DNA of 64,000 nt from an uncultured Bacteroidota bacterium (GTDB taxonomy: Bacteria > Bacteroidota > Bacteroidia > Bacteroidales > JAAUTT01), in contig CAWJWO010000010.1 in NCBI GenBank assembly GCA_963846585.1, forward strand, positions 5,163 through 69,162, in the 5' to 3' direction. Of the stretch, positions 24,860 through 34,038 are shown piece by piece. The translations under genes and the position numbers were made by a program. Positions within the stretch are counted from its first letter, which is position 1; each line of letters begins with the position of its first letter. The notes below the pieces were generated by a model, which saw nothing but the letters and a program-made list of their open reading frames with translations, had not been told where the DNA came from and searched no databases.

Positions 24860-27472
24860 ATGTCAGTAAGGTTGGCAAATATTAAAAAAGAAAATATTCG
24901 TATTATTGTTACAGGTATGGCAATTAGTCTCGTGTTTCCATTATTTTCATGGATACTTGATGCAATTATTTCAGGCCAAACTTTTACGATATCATCAATA
25001 TTGCGGCTCCATTTAATCCATCCGGATATTTTCCTGATCGATATTCTGCCTTTTATAACAGGTATATTTCTGTATTTTATATTATTAAATAAAGAAGAGG
25101 AAAAAAGGAAATTCGAAAATACAATCAATAAATTAAATGACCGCATAAATAGAAATGCTGATTTTGCCAAAAGAATAGGGGAAGGTGATTATACCAGTCC
25201 TTTTGTAACATCAGGTGACGATGATGCCCTTGGAAAATCGTTGCTTCTTATGCGGGATAACCTTTTGCTTAATACACGCAAGGAATCGGAACAAAGTTGG
25301 ATAGCCGCGGGAAAGGAAGTTATATCGAATGTTTTACGAATTCACAATAAGATAGATAATTTAGCTTACGACACTCTGGTAAAATTAATAAATTACATAA
25401 ATGCTTTACAAGGTGCGTTTTATTTGTACGACGAGGATAAGGAAGTACTTACTAATATTGCCACTTATGCTTACAACCGCCAAAAATATATTAATCAGGA
25501 GTTTAAGATCGGACAGGGGTTAATAGGAGAATGTGCATATGAAATGGATCTCATTTACAGGACCGAAGTCCCGGATGACTATATTACAATTACATCAGGT
25601 ATTTTGGGAGAACGTAAACCCAAATCAATTCTTATTGTACCATTGGTTTCAGATGAAAAACTGGAAGGGATAATCGAATTTGCATTTCTTCTCGATGAAC
25701 TCCCTGATTTGACACTTAATTTTATGAAAGAATTAGGTGAAATTATTGCCCGTACAATTTTCAATTTGCGGGTGAATGAAAAAACCGAACGTTTACTTGA
25801 AGAATCCAGGGAAATGACCGCAGAATTGCAGGAAAATGAAGAGCAATTGCGTCAGGGAGCTGAAGAAATGCGAGCCACTCAGGAAGAATTACAAAAATCG
25901 AACGAAAAATTAGGGACACAAATAATTGAAGTTGAAAATGCACAAAAACGTTTGCATTCGCTTTTGGAAAATGCTTCAGAGGTAATATTTATTTACGACG
26001 AAGCCTTAAAACTAAGTTATATAAGTCCGTCTGTTACCAGTATACTGGGATTTACACCTGAGGAAATGATGAAAGGCAAGGATTTCGACCGTTTAACCCG
26101 TAAAGGAGAAACCGAATTACGAAATATGTTCCAGCAATTGTTGGTTAACTCAGTTGATTCTATAACCATCCAATATACATACATGAAAAAGGATGGGCAG
26201 AAAATTTTTCTTGAAACTACCGGCAAAAACTTATTAAATGATTCGGCGATAAACGGAATAATTTTAAATGCTCAGGATATTACGGAACGTAAGCGAGCCG
26301 AAAAGGAAGAAAGGATGAAAAGCAAAATGCAGTCTCTTTCCGAAAATTCTCTCGATATGATCATTCGCCTTAATACCTATGGTATGTTTTTTTATGCAAA
26401 TCCTATAGTTGAAGATTACCTGGGAGTTAAAATTAATGATACTTTGAATAAAACAATTAATGATATTATAATACCAGATGGCTTGCTTGAGTATTTTAAG
26501 AACACAATTGCCGAAATAAAGTCTACGCCTAATAAACGAAATAATCAGATTACAATACCTGTTGTTGCAGGCGATAAAATTCTGGAACGTATCATGAGTA
26601 TTGATGCTATACCGGAATTTAATGAGAACGAACTTGAAACAATACTATTTGTTGGGCACGATATTACTGAAGCTAAACGCATAGAGCTTGAAATTGCTGA
26701 TAAAAACAGGAAAATTGAAGATAGCATAAATTATGCACAACGAATACAATCGGCAATTTTACCGGATAACGACTATATAAGGGAATATCTTCCAAAATCA
26801 TTTATATTTTATAAACCCAGGGATGTGGTCAGTGGCGATTTCCCATGGTTCTTTAAACGTGATGATGTAATATTCATAGCCGTTGTAGATTGTACAGGGC
26901 ATGGTGTTCCGGGGGCTTTGCTTTCGTTTATCGGATATTTTATTTTAAATAATATAGTTGATCATGATCGCGATTACACTGCCGGTGAGGTTTGTGACTT
27001 GTTACACAACGGCGTAAGGGATACTTTAAAACAAAATAAGGAAGATGCCCAGGGAAGAGATGGAATGGATATAGCCCTGGTAAAATATATTCCGAAGAAA
27101 AATGAAATACATTATGCAGGAGCTCACAGGCCTTTATATTATCTTAAAAATGGGGAATTAATTGAGTACAAAGGTGACAGGCAAGCTATAGGCGGAATAC
27201 CGCTTGGAAATAAACCTGAAAAAAATTTTACTGATTATCTGATACCTGTAGATAAGGGCGATAAAATATTTTTCTTCTCGGACGGTTTACCTGACCAATT
27301 GGGTGGCGATGAATTTAAGAAATATTCCCCGGGCAGGATAAGAGAACAGATTACCACAAATGGAAGTTTCTCAATGGACGAATATCACAGTTATTTTGAT
27401 AAGGAATTTTTAAATTGGAAGGGAAACGAAAAACAAATAGATGATGTATTATTAATAGGTATAGAATTTTAA
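24860..27472 (+). CDS. Membrane sensor phosphatase: TM, HAMP-like, GAF, Glu-rich coiled coil, two PAS domains, PP2C/SpoIIE domain
   Basis: GAF region (IGQGLIGECAYEMDLIYRTEVPDDYITITSGILGERKPKSILIVPL). Coiled coil AELQENEEQLRQGAEEMRATQEELQKSNEKL. PAS segments (NAQDITERK, GHDITEAK). SpoIIE motifs YAQRIQSAILP, VSGDFPWF, VVDCTGHGVPGALLS, GRDGMDIALV, FFFSDGLPDQ. Confidence 0.85.
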   Translation: MSVRLANIKKENIRIIVTGMAISLVFPLFSWILDAIISGQTFTISSILRLHLIHPDIFLIDILPFITGIFLYFILLNKEEEKRKFENTINKLNDRINRNADFAKRIGEGDYTSPFVTSGDDDALGKSLLLMRDNLLLNTRKESEQSWIAAGKEVISNVLRIHNKIDNLAYDTLVKLINYINALQGAFYLYDEDKEVLTNIATYAYNRQKYINQEFKIGQGLIGECAYEMDLIYRTEVPDDYITITSGILGERKPKSILIVPLVSDEKLEGIIEFAFLLDELPDLTLNFMKELGEIIARTIFNLRVNEKTERLLEESREMTAELQENEEQLRQGAEEMRATQEELQKSNEKLGTQIIEVENAQKRLHSLLENASEVIFIYDEALKLSYISPSVTSILGFTPEEMMKGKDFDRLTRKGETELRNMFQQLLVNSVDSITIQYTYMKKDGQKIFLETTGKNLLNDSAINGIILNAQDITERKRAEKEERMKSKMQSLSENSLDMIIRLNTYGMFFYANPIVEDYLGVKINDTLNKTINDIIIPDGLLEYFKNTIAEIKSTPNKRNNQITIPVVAGDKILERIMSIDAIPEFNENELETILFVGHDITEAKRIELEIADKNRKIEDSINYAQRIQSAILPDNDYIREYLPKSFIFYKPRDVVSGDFPWFFKRDDVIFIAVVDCTGHGVPGALLSFIGYFILNNIVDHDRDYTAGEVCDLLHNGVRDTLKQNKEDAQGRDGMDIALVKYIPKKNEIHYAGAHRPLYYLKNGELIEYKGDRQAIGGIPLGNKPEKNFTDYLIPVDKGDKIFFFSDGLPDQLGGDEFKKYSPGRIREQITTNGSFSMDEYHSYFDKEFLNWKGNEKQIDDVLLIGIEF

Positions 27473-27502
27473 TTTTACAAAACAATTCAAAACTGATAAA
27501 GT

Positions 27503-28087
27503 ATGGCTACAATCGAAAGAAAAGATGTTAAAGGCTTCCTGGAGTTTGTGTATAGGTTTTATAAATCGATGAAGGAACATGAAATTACTTTGGTATATGA
27601 AGGGGAGATAACCCATCAAATTACGAAGGCTTTTACCTCACTCACTGAATCAAATATGGCAAAGGAAGAGGAATCAAATACCGTTCAAAAGAAAGTTTTT
27701 CATGTAATGGTGGAATGTTTGCAGAATATAAGCAAACATGCCGACGATTTTGGCACTAATGATTATCTGTTTTCAGGCAGAGGAATATTCATGGTAGCTA
27801 AAGGGAAAGATGAATATACTGTTACCACCGGGAATGCAATTGAGAATGATAAAATGCAGGATTTAAAAAATCTTCTGGAACAGGTAAATCAATTAGATAA
27901 GGATGAACTTACTGAATTGTATAAAAAACAAATAAAAGAAGGGCGTCTTTCCGAAAAAGGTGGTGCGGGCCTGGGATTTATTGATATTAAAAGAAAAACA
28001 GGCAAGAACCTGGAGTATCACTTTTTACCTATCAATGATGATGCCTCATTCTTTTTATTAACTTCGACTATTTCAAGAGTTGTTTAA
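27503..28087 (+). CDS. SiaB-like small HATPase-fold protein kinase (partner-switch kinase)
   Basis: 194 aa. Contains ECLQNISKHA (N-box-like) and GGAGLGFIDIKRKTG (G-box-like). It lies between a SpoIIE phosphatase and a DUF1987 gene, as in SiaA-SiaB-SiaC loci. Confidence 0.65.
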   Translation: MATIERKDVKGFLEFVYRFYKSMKEHEITLVYEGEITHQITKAFTSLTESNMAKEEESNTVQKKVFHVMVECLQNISKHADDFGTNDYLFSGRGIFMVAKGKDEYTVTTGNAIENDKMQDLKNLLEQVNQLDKDELTELYKKQIKEGRLSEKGGAGLGFIDIKRKTGKNLEYHFLPINDDASFFLLTSTISRVV

Positions 28088-28107
28088 TATTTATTAAATC
28101 ATATATT

Positions 28108-28485
28108 ATGGAAGTTATCAAAATTTTAGGGACTGATGAAACCCCTGCAGTGTTGCTAGATGCAGCCAACAACATATTTGAAATTTCTGGCCGTTCTTTG
28201 CCTGAAGATGTTAATACTTTTTATGCACCGATAATACTTTGGATGGATAAATATAACCAAACACCCAATCCCAAAACAGTTTTCAATTTTAAATTAGTGT
28301 ATTTCAACACGGCATCTTCAAAGGTTTTGCTTGATATTTTGATGAAGCTGGAGGAATTGCACAAATCAGGTAAAGAAGTATTAGTGCACTGGCATTATTC
28401 AGAAGATGATGAAGATATGAAAGAGGCCGGTGAAGAATATGCCGATATCGTTGATGTTCCTTTTGAACAAATTTCTATCAGATAA
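28108..28485 (+). CDS. DUF1987 / SiaC-like regulatory phosphoprotein
   Basis: 125 aa. TPAVLLDAANNIFEISGRSLPEDVNTFYAPIILWM...FKLVYFNTASSKVLLDIL...VHWHYSEDDEDMKEAGEEY matches my memory of the DUF1987 family. Confidence 0.75.
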   Translation: MEVIKILGTDETPAVLLDAANNIFEISGRSLPEDVNTFYAPIILWMDKYNQTPNPKTVFNFKLVYFNTASSKVLLDILMKLEELHKSGKEVLVHWHYSEDDEDMKEAGEEYADIVDVPFEQISIR

Positions 28486-28494
28486 TCCAATTTT

Positions 28495-31400
28495 ATGAGT
28501 GAAGAAATTCTTAAAGCATTAATGCAACTTTTTGCCATCATTGTAAAACAGGATGAGGGCATGGAGCTTAATGAACGTGAGTACGTTAAGAATTTTCTTA
28601 CTCAGCAGTTGAATGATGAGGCCGTTAATGAATATTTAACTCTTTTCGATGATTTTGCCGGAAATGATAAACCTGAAGATAGCCCGGATGAAAATAACAA
28701 GAAGAGGTTAACTTCTGTAAAAGATTCAGTACGGATTCTTGGAATATGCAAGAAAATTAACAAAACACTTACACAGGAACAAAAAGTTGTTGTGTTGGTT
28801 CGTTTATATGAATTGGTAAACACCGACCGCAAGTTTACCGATCAGCGAATGGCAATAATAAATACTGTTGCAGAGGTGTTTAACTTGTCGAAGCAAGAAT
28901 TTGGAGAAATTGAAAGTTTCGTTGTAAAAAATCAACAGGATGATTTGGATCAGGCGAATATATTGATTATATCCGACGGTCATTTTTCCAATACCCAAAG
29001 TAAAATTATACCAACTGAGAAACTTGAAGGAAACATTTATATTCTCAGAGTACCAAGTGTTGAACTTTATTTTCTCAAATATACAGGGCACGAGGAATTA
29101 TTTTTAAATGGACTCGGAATAAGCAATAAGCATATTTATTTATTTGCAAGTGGCAGTGCAGTTAAAATGCCCAAGGGTAAACCGGTTTATTATAGTGATG
29201 TGGTATCTCATTTTATGGCCGATATCACTTCCAGTAAAATTTCCTATCATGTAAATAATCTGGAATACAGATTTGCGAATGGGAATGTAGGGTTACGGAA
29301 TATTACTTTTTCTGAAGGCCATGGTAAGCTGATAGGTATTATGGGGGCTAGCGGGGCTGGTAAAACCACATTGTTAAATGTACTTTGCGGGACTGAAAAA
29401 CCTTTCAAAGGTGAAGTTTTGATAAATGGTTTTAATTTGCATACTGAAAAGGACAAACTTGAAGGTGTAATAGGTTTGATACCACAGGATGATTTACTTA
29501 TAGAAGAGCTTACTGTATATAATAATCTGTATTATAATGCCAGGCTTTGTTTTAGTGATAAATCGGATGATGAAATAAACAGATTAGTAATAAAAACACT
29601 TTCAAATCTTGGGTTACTTGAAAGGAAAGATTTGAAGGTTGGGTCGCCACTTAACAAGACAATCAGCGGCGGACAACGCAAAAGATTAAATATTGCCCTG
29701 GAATTAATCCGCGAACCTTCAATACTATTCGTTGATGAACCTACATCAGGATTATCATCGCGCGACTCCGAAAATGTGATGGATCTTTTAAGGGAACTTG
29801 CCCTGAAGGGTAAACTAATTTTTGTCGTTATTCATCAACCTTCATCGGAAATATACAAGATGTTCGATAAAATGATAGTACTGGATTCCGGTGGGTATTT
29901 AATATATTATGGAAATCCGGTTGAAGCAGTTATGTATTTCAAACGTATTGATGCACAGATTAACAATGATGTTGGTGAATGCCCTGTATGCGGAAATGTT
30001 AACCCTGAATTAATTTTTAATATTGTTGAAGCCAAAGTAGTTGACGAATTTGGCCGGTACACTGATAAGCGAAAGGTAACTCCAACTAAATGGGAAGAAT
30101 ATTACAATCATAACTTTAATCCGCAAAAACAGTCGTCAATTAATGAACGTCCTCCAAAATCGCTCAATATACCGAATAAATTCAATCAGCTAAAAATATA
30201 TACGCTTCGTGATTTTTTTTCGAAGATAAGCAATACGCAATATATTACCCTAAACCTTCTTGAAGCGCCAATTTTGGGATTGATGCTTTCTTATATTATT
30301 CGTTATATAGCTGACCCTACATCTAAAGTTTATATATTCAGGGAAAACGAAAATATTCCGATTTATATTTTCATGAGCCTTATAGTTGCATTGTTTTTAG
30401 GGCTTATGGTAAGTGCCGAAGAAATTATCCGGGACCGTAAGATACTTAAACGTGAAGCTTTTTTAAATTTAAGCCGGTCGAGTTACCTGTTATCCAAAGT
30501 ATTTCTTTTATTTATAATTAGTGCAATACAATCCTTGTCGTTTGTACTTATAGCCAATACAATACTTGGTATTCACGACATGTATTTTTATTATTGGTTT
30601 GCCCTTTTCTCAACTGCCTCATTTGCCAATATGCTTGGATTGAATATTTCGGCATCATTTAATTCGGCGGTTACTATTTATATTTTGATTCCATTGCTTA
30701 TGATTCCTATGATGGTGTTAAGCGGGGCAATGTTTCATTACGACAAACTGAACCGGACCGTAGGAAGTGTTGATAAAGTACCTGTTATAGCTGATATTAT
30801 GGTTACCAAATGGTCATACGAGGCATTGATGGTACATCAGTTTAAAGATAATAAATTCGAGAGAGTATTCTATAATATTGAAAAACAAGAAAGCAACGCT
30901 GATTTTAAGCAGGTTCATTTAATCCCTGAATTACAGAAACATCTTGATAAATGTCTTGATGAATTTCAGCGGACAGGGAAAATTTTGAAAACTATTGGTG
31001 ATCTTGAACTGTTAAGAAATGAATTTTCAAAAGAGTTAATGGTAAATAAGGAACTTCCTTTTAAAAATGCTGATGGCATTGTTGCTGAAAGGTTTAACCA
31101 AAAAATGGGCAACATTCTACAATCGTTTATTGATAAAATGAAGGAATACTATTCTAATAAATTTCTGGAAGCCAACCAGATGAAAGAGTCTATGATAATG
31201 CACGAATTGAAAAAAGATGAGGTAAGATATAAATTTTATAAAAACACCTATCACAATGAAAGTGTATCTGACGAAGTAAAAAAGGTCTTCGAAAAAAATA
31301 AGATACTTGAATATAACCACGAGTTAGTGCAGCAGGTCGATCCTATTTTTAAAGATCCCACAATAAAAGGATTATGGAGCATCAGGGCACATTTTTATGC

Positions 31401-31566
31401 CCCCCGTAAACCTTTTTTAGGTAAATATTACGATACATACTGGTATAACATGATTGTAGTTTGGATATTTACTTTGCTCTTATATATAGCACTTTACTTT
31501 GATTTATTGAGTAAAATTCTTAACCTGACAGGTAAAATAAAATTCAAAAAGGAATCAACGGAATAA
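28495..31566 (+). CDS. ABCG-like transporter: TerB-like N-terminal domain, unknown beta-rich domain, ABC ATPase, ABC-2 permease
   Basis: N-terminus LMQLFAIIVKQDEGMELNEREYVKNFL is TerB-like. Walker A GASGAGKTT, signature SGGQRKRLNIALEL, Walker B LFVDEPTSGLS, then six TM helices. Starts 9 nt after the SiaC-like stop. Confidence 0.85.
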   Translation: MSEEILKALMQLFAIIVKQDEGMELNEREYVKNFLTQQLNDEAVNEYLTLFDDFAGNDKPEDSPDENNKKRLTSVKDSVRILGICKKINKTLTQEQKVVVLVRLYELVNTDRKFTDQRMAIINTVAEVFNLSKQEFGEIESFVVKNQQDDLDQANILIISDGHFSNTQSKIIPTEKLEGNIYILRVPSVELYFLKYTGHEELFLNGLGISNKHIYLFASGSAVKMPKGKPVYYSDVVSHFMADITSSKISYHVNNLEYRFANGNVGLRNITFSEGHGKLIGIMGASGAGKTTLLNVLCGTEKPFKGEVLINGFNLHTEKDKLEGVIGLIPQDDLLIEELTVYNNLYYNARLCFSDKSDDEINRLVIKTLSNLGLLERKDLKVGSPLNKTISGGQRKRLNIALELIREPSILFVDEPTSGLSSRDSENVMDLLRELALKGKLIFVVIHQPSSEIYKMFDKMIVLDSGGYLIYYGNPVEAVMYFKRIDAQINNDVGECPVCGNVNPELIFNIVEAKVVDEFGRYTDKRKVTPTKWEEYYNHNFNPQKQSSINERPPKSLNIPNKFNQLKIYTLRDFFSKISNTQYITLNLLEAPILGLMLSYIIRYIADPTSKVYIFRENENIPIYIFMSLIVALFLGLMVSAEEIIRDRKILKREAFLNLSRSSYLLSKVFLLFIISAIQSLSFVLIANTILGIHDMYFYYWFALFSTASFANMLGLNISASFNSAVTIYILIPLLMIPMMVLSGAMFHYDKLNRTVGSVDKVPVIADIMVTKWSYEALMVHQFKDNKFERVFYNIEKQESNADFKQVHLIPELQKHLDKCLDEFQRTGKILKTIGDLELLRNEFSKELMVNKELPFKNADGIVAERFNQKMGNILQSFIDKMKEYYSNKFLEANQMKESMIMHELKKDEVRYKFYKNTYHNESVSDEVKKVFEKNKILEYNHELVQQVDPIFKDPTIKGLWSIRAHFYAPRKPFLGKYYDTYWYNMIVVWIFTLLLYIALYFDLLSKILNLTGKIKFKKESTE

Positions 31567-31650
31567 ATTAATGTTAAATTATTTAATAAATTTGTATTAA
31601 GGGTTACTTTGACAGTGGTGATATTTTGATAATCATTTAAATTTTCAGCT

Positions 31651-32550
31651 ATGATAAAGAAATTAGTTTATTTATTTATTGGAGTTGTGTTAGTAACATC
31701 ATGCAGATCAGGAGGTAAACAAGCAGGAGGCGAATTTGGTGCTTCAGATTCAGCAGTTTCTTCATCCGGCCTAAAGGTGGATGAAAAATCTATGGAGAAT
31801 CTGGTGCAGAATATTTCTTCACCTGTAGAAATGGCAGCCCTGATAAAAAGTATGGGAACTCCGTTTTCTCAAAAGTATCTGGCATCCACGGGTGGAATTG
31901 ATAATTATAATACAAGCTTTTCAAAGGCATTTAACCTTGGTATTTTTGGGGCCGATTTAGGTTATTTGAATATGTATCAAAAAACTTCTTCAGTACTTTC
32001 CTATATAACTGCTATAAAAACTCTGGCAGAAGGAATTAATGTCGGACAATTTTTCGATTTTGTTACATTAAAACGCCTTGCCACCAATAATGAGAATATT
32101 GATTCGTTAATGTATATATCAATCCATAGTTTTAATGTAATGGATGAGTACCTTCGTAAAAATAACCGCAGTAATCTGAGTGCTTTAATGGTTGCCGGGG
32201 TTTATGTTGAAGGCCTTTACCTTACAACACAGGTATGTAAAGAAAAACCTGATAAAAAATTAGCAGATAATATCGGGGAACAAAAAACTATTTTTAATGA
32301 ATTGATATTAATTCTGAAGAACTATCAGAAAGAACCTTATTTTACTAATCTGATTACTAATTTGGAAAGCTTAAAAAAGGAATATGATCAGGTAAAAATA
32401 ACTATTGAAGTTGGACAACCTAAAACAATTGAAAAAAACGGTATTCTTACTATCGTTCAAAATTCTAAAAGCAATGTTGAAATGAGTCCGGAGCTGCTCA
32501 ACAGTATCATTAAAACAACTGAAACTATTAGAAATATACTGATTAAATAA
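31651..32550 (+). CDS. Hypothetical lipoprotein
   Basis: Lipobox LVTSC after a signal peptide. Helical-looking sequence, no family recognised. Confidence 0.6.
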   Translation: MIKKLVYLFIGVVLVTSCRSGGKQAGGEFGASDSAVSSSGLKVDEKSMENLVQNISSPVEMAALIKSMGTPFSQKYLASTGGIDNYNTSFSKAFNLGIFGADLGYLNMYQKTSSVLSYITAIKTLAEGINVGQFFDFVTLKRLATNNENIDSLMYISIHSFNVMDEYLRKNNRSNLSALMVAGVYVEGLYLTTQVCKEKPDKKLADNIGEQKTIFNELILILKNYQKEPYFTNLITNLESLKKEYDQVKITIEVGQPKTIEKNGILTIVQNSKSNVEMSPELLNSIIKTTETIRNILIK

Positions 32551-32584
32551 ATACAGATTAAAAATTCTTTATAAAATTTATAAA

Positions 32585-33028
32585 ATGAAGAATATAAAAT
32601 TATTACTACCAATTGTTTTTTTCTCAATAAGTGCTGTTTCACTTTCACAAACTGAGACTCAGAAAGTTGAAATTTGTTCAGGCATAGCAGGAAAAGATGC
32701 TCAGTATGTGAAAGATTTCTCTATACAATTACAGTCAGCACAGGGAAATGAAAAAGCTCCCATAGCCAAATATTCTATGATCCTTCAGAAGGATACAAAA
32801 TACAGACTTACAATATGTACTGACGATGATTCTCCTGGCAAGGGGTTTGTACAACTTCTTGATACCGGATCGTTACTTGCAAGCAGTTATAATGCCGCAA
32901 CAGGAAAGGAATATAAAGGGTTTGATTTTGATTGTCAAAAAACGGGAGTATATCATATCTTTGTCCAGTTTCAGGAAGGAAAAGCAGGTAAGGCTGTTGT
33001 AATTCTTTCGTTTGTAAAAAAACTGTAA
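32585..33028 (+). CDS. Hypothetical secreted protein
   Basis: Signal peptide and small beta-rich protein. No family recognised. Confidence 0.55.
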   Translation: MKNIKLLLPIVFFSISAVSLSQTETQKVEICSGIAGKDAQYVKDFSIQLQSAQGNEKAPIAKYSMILQKDTKYRLTICTDDDSPGKGFVQLLDTGSLLASSYNAATGKEYKGFDFDCQKTGVYHIFVQFQEGKAGKAVVILSFVKKL

Positions 33029-33075
33029 TAGTGCTTAGTGCAACCTGCAACCTGCAACTAACAACTAACAACTAT
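33029..33075. repeat. Word array filling the gap between two convergent stop codons
   Basis: TAGTGCTTAGTGC followed by (AACCTGC) and (AACTAAC) units. It spans from just after the TAA at 33026-33028 to the minus-strand stop at 33072-33074. Confidence 0.85.
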
Positions 33076-33947
33076 TGTAATACTGAGCTTACAAGAATTA
33101 TTGCTAAAATTATCATCTGATAAAGGTAGAAAGTTCCGAAAGCCGATCGTAGTTTTATGGTTTGTTTGGAGTTGAAGAGGAATTTATAGAAAAAACAAAT
33201 TATAAATACGTTAACAGAAAGCAGGATTGCAATCAATGATAATCCTGAAACTATATTAAAATAAGGAAACAAGACAGTACTTGCCGAAGTGCCTAATATC
33301 CATATGTAAAGTACGGCCTTTTTATTTCCACCACGGGTAATGAATAAAAGCGGTCCAAACCCTGCTTTTTCATATTCAATGCTATATTTAAATAAAATTA
33401 ACCAAAAATGGGGAATTTGCCATAAATACATAAAAACGGCAACCGGTATAATTGTTGAATCAAAGATATACCCACCTGAAGCACACCATCCAATAACCGG
33501 GGGAACGGCACCTGTAACAGCGCCTATCAATAAGGTTACCGAATACTTTCTTTTAAGCGGGGTATAAACCAGATTATAACATAACAGGTTAAATACCCCC
33601 AAAAATGCAGATATCCATGTTGTTTCAAAAAATAGTAAGGAAAAGCCCAACAAACCAAAAATTAAGGAAATAAACAATGCTGTTAACGGTGCCATTTCAC
33701 CTGAAGGCAAAGGCCGATGATGAGTCCGACCCATTTTGGCATCTATGAATCGCTCCTGATATTGGTTTAAAGCTGATGCAGATCCTGATAATAAGAATAC
33801 ACCTAAAAAAGTATATAAAGTACACAGATTCAGATTATGGGTAAATAACAACTGGCCTGCAACTGCAGAAAAACCTATAGCCATTGAAAGACCAAACCTG
33901 GTTAAAAGTAGCATGTTATGAATAACTTTTTTCGGAGTTATTGCCAT
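33072..33947 (-). CDS. cyoE: UbiA-family prenyltransferase, heme O synthase-like
   Basis: About nine TM helices. First Asp-rich-type motif ALNQYQERFIDAKMGRTHHRPLPSG. The size and neighbourhood (cytochrome c biogenesis) fit protoheme IX farnesyltransferase. Confidence 0.7.
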   Translation of the reverse strand: MAITPKKVIHNMLLLTRFGLSMAIGFSAVAGQLLFTHNLNLCTLYTFLGVFLLSGSASALNQYQERFIDAKMGRTHHRPLPSGEMAPLTALFISLIFGLLGFSLLFFETTWISAFLGVFNLLCYNLVYTPLKRKYSVTLLIGAVTGAVPPVIGWCASGGYIFDSTIIPVAVFMYLWQIPHFWLILFKYSIEYEKAGFGPLLFITRGGNKKAVLYIWILGTSASTVLFPYFNIVSGLSLIAILLSVNVFIICFFYKFLFNSKQTIKLRSAFGTFYLYQMIILAIILVSSVLQ

Positions 33948-34038
33948 TTTGATTACTTTAGCATTTGGAACAATTTATTTTGAGCAATGTTTACACTTAA
34001 TCACATAATCACCTAATCACTTTTATAACTATAAACAT

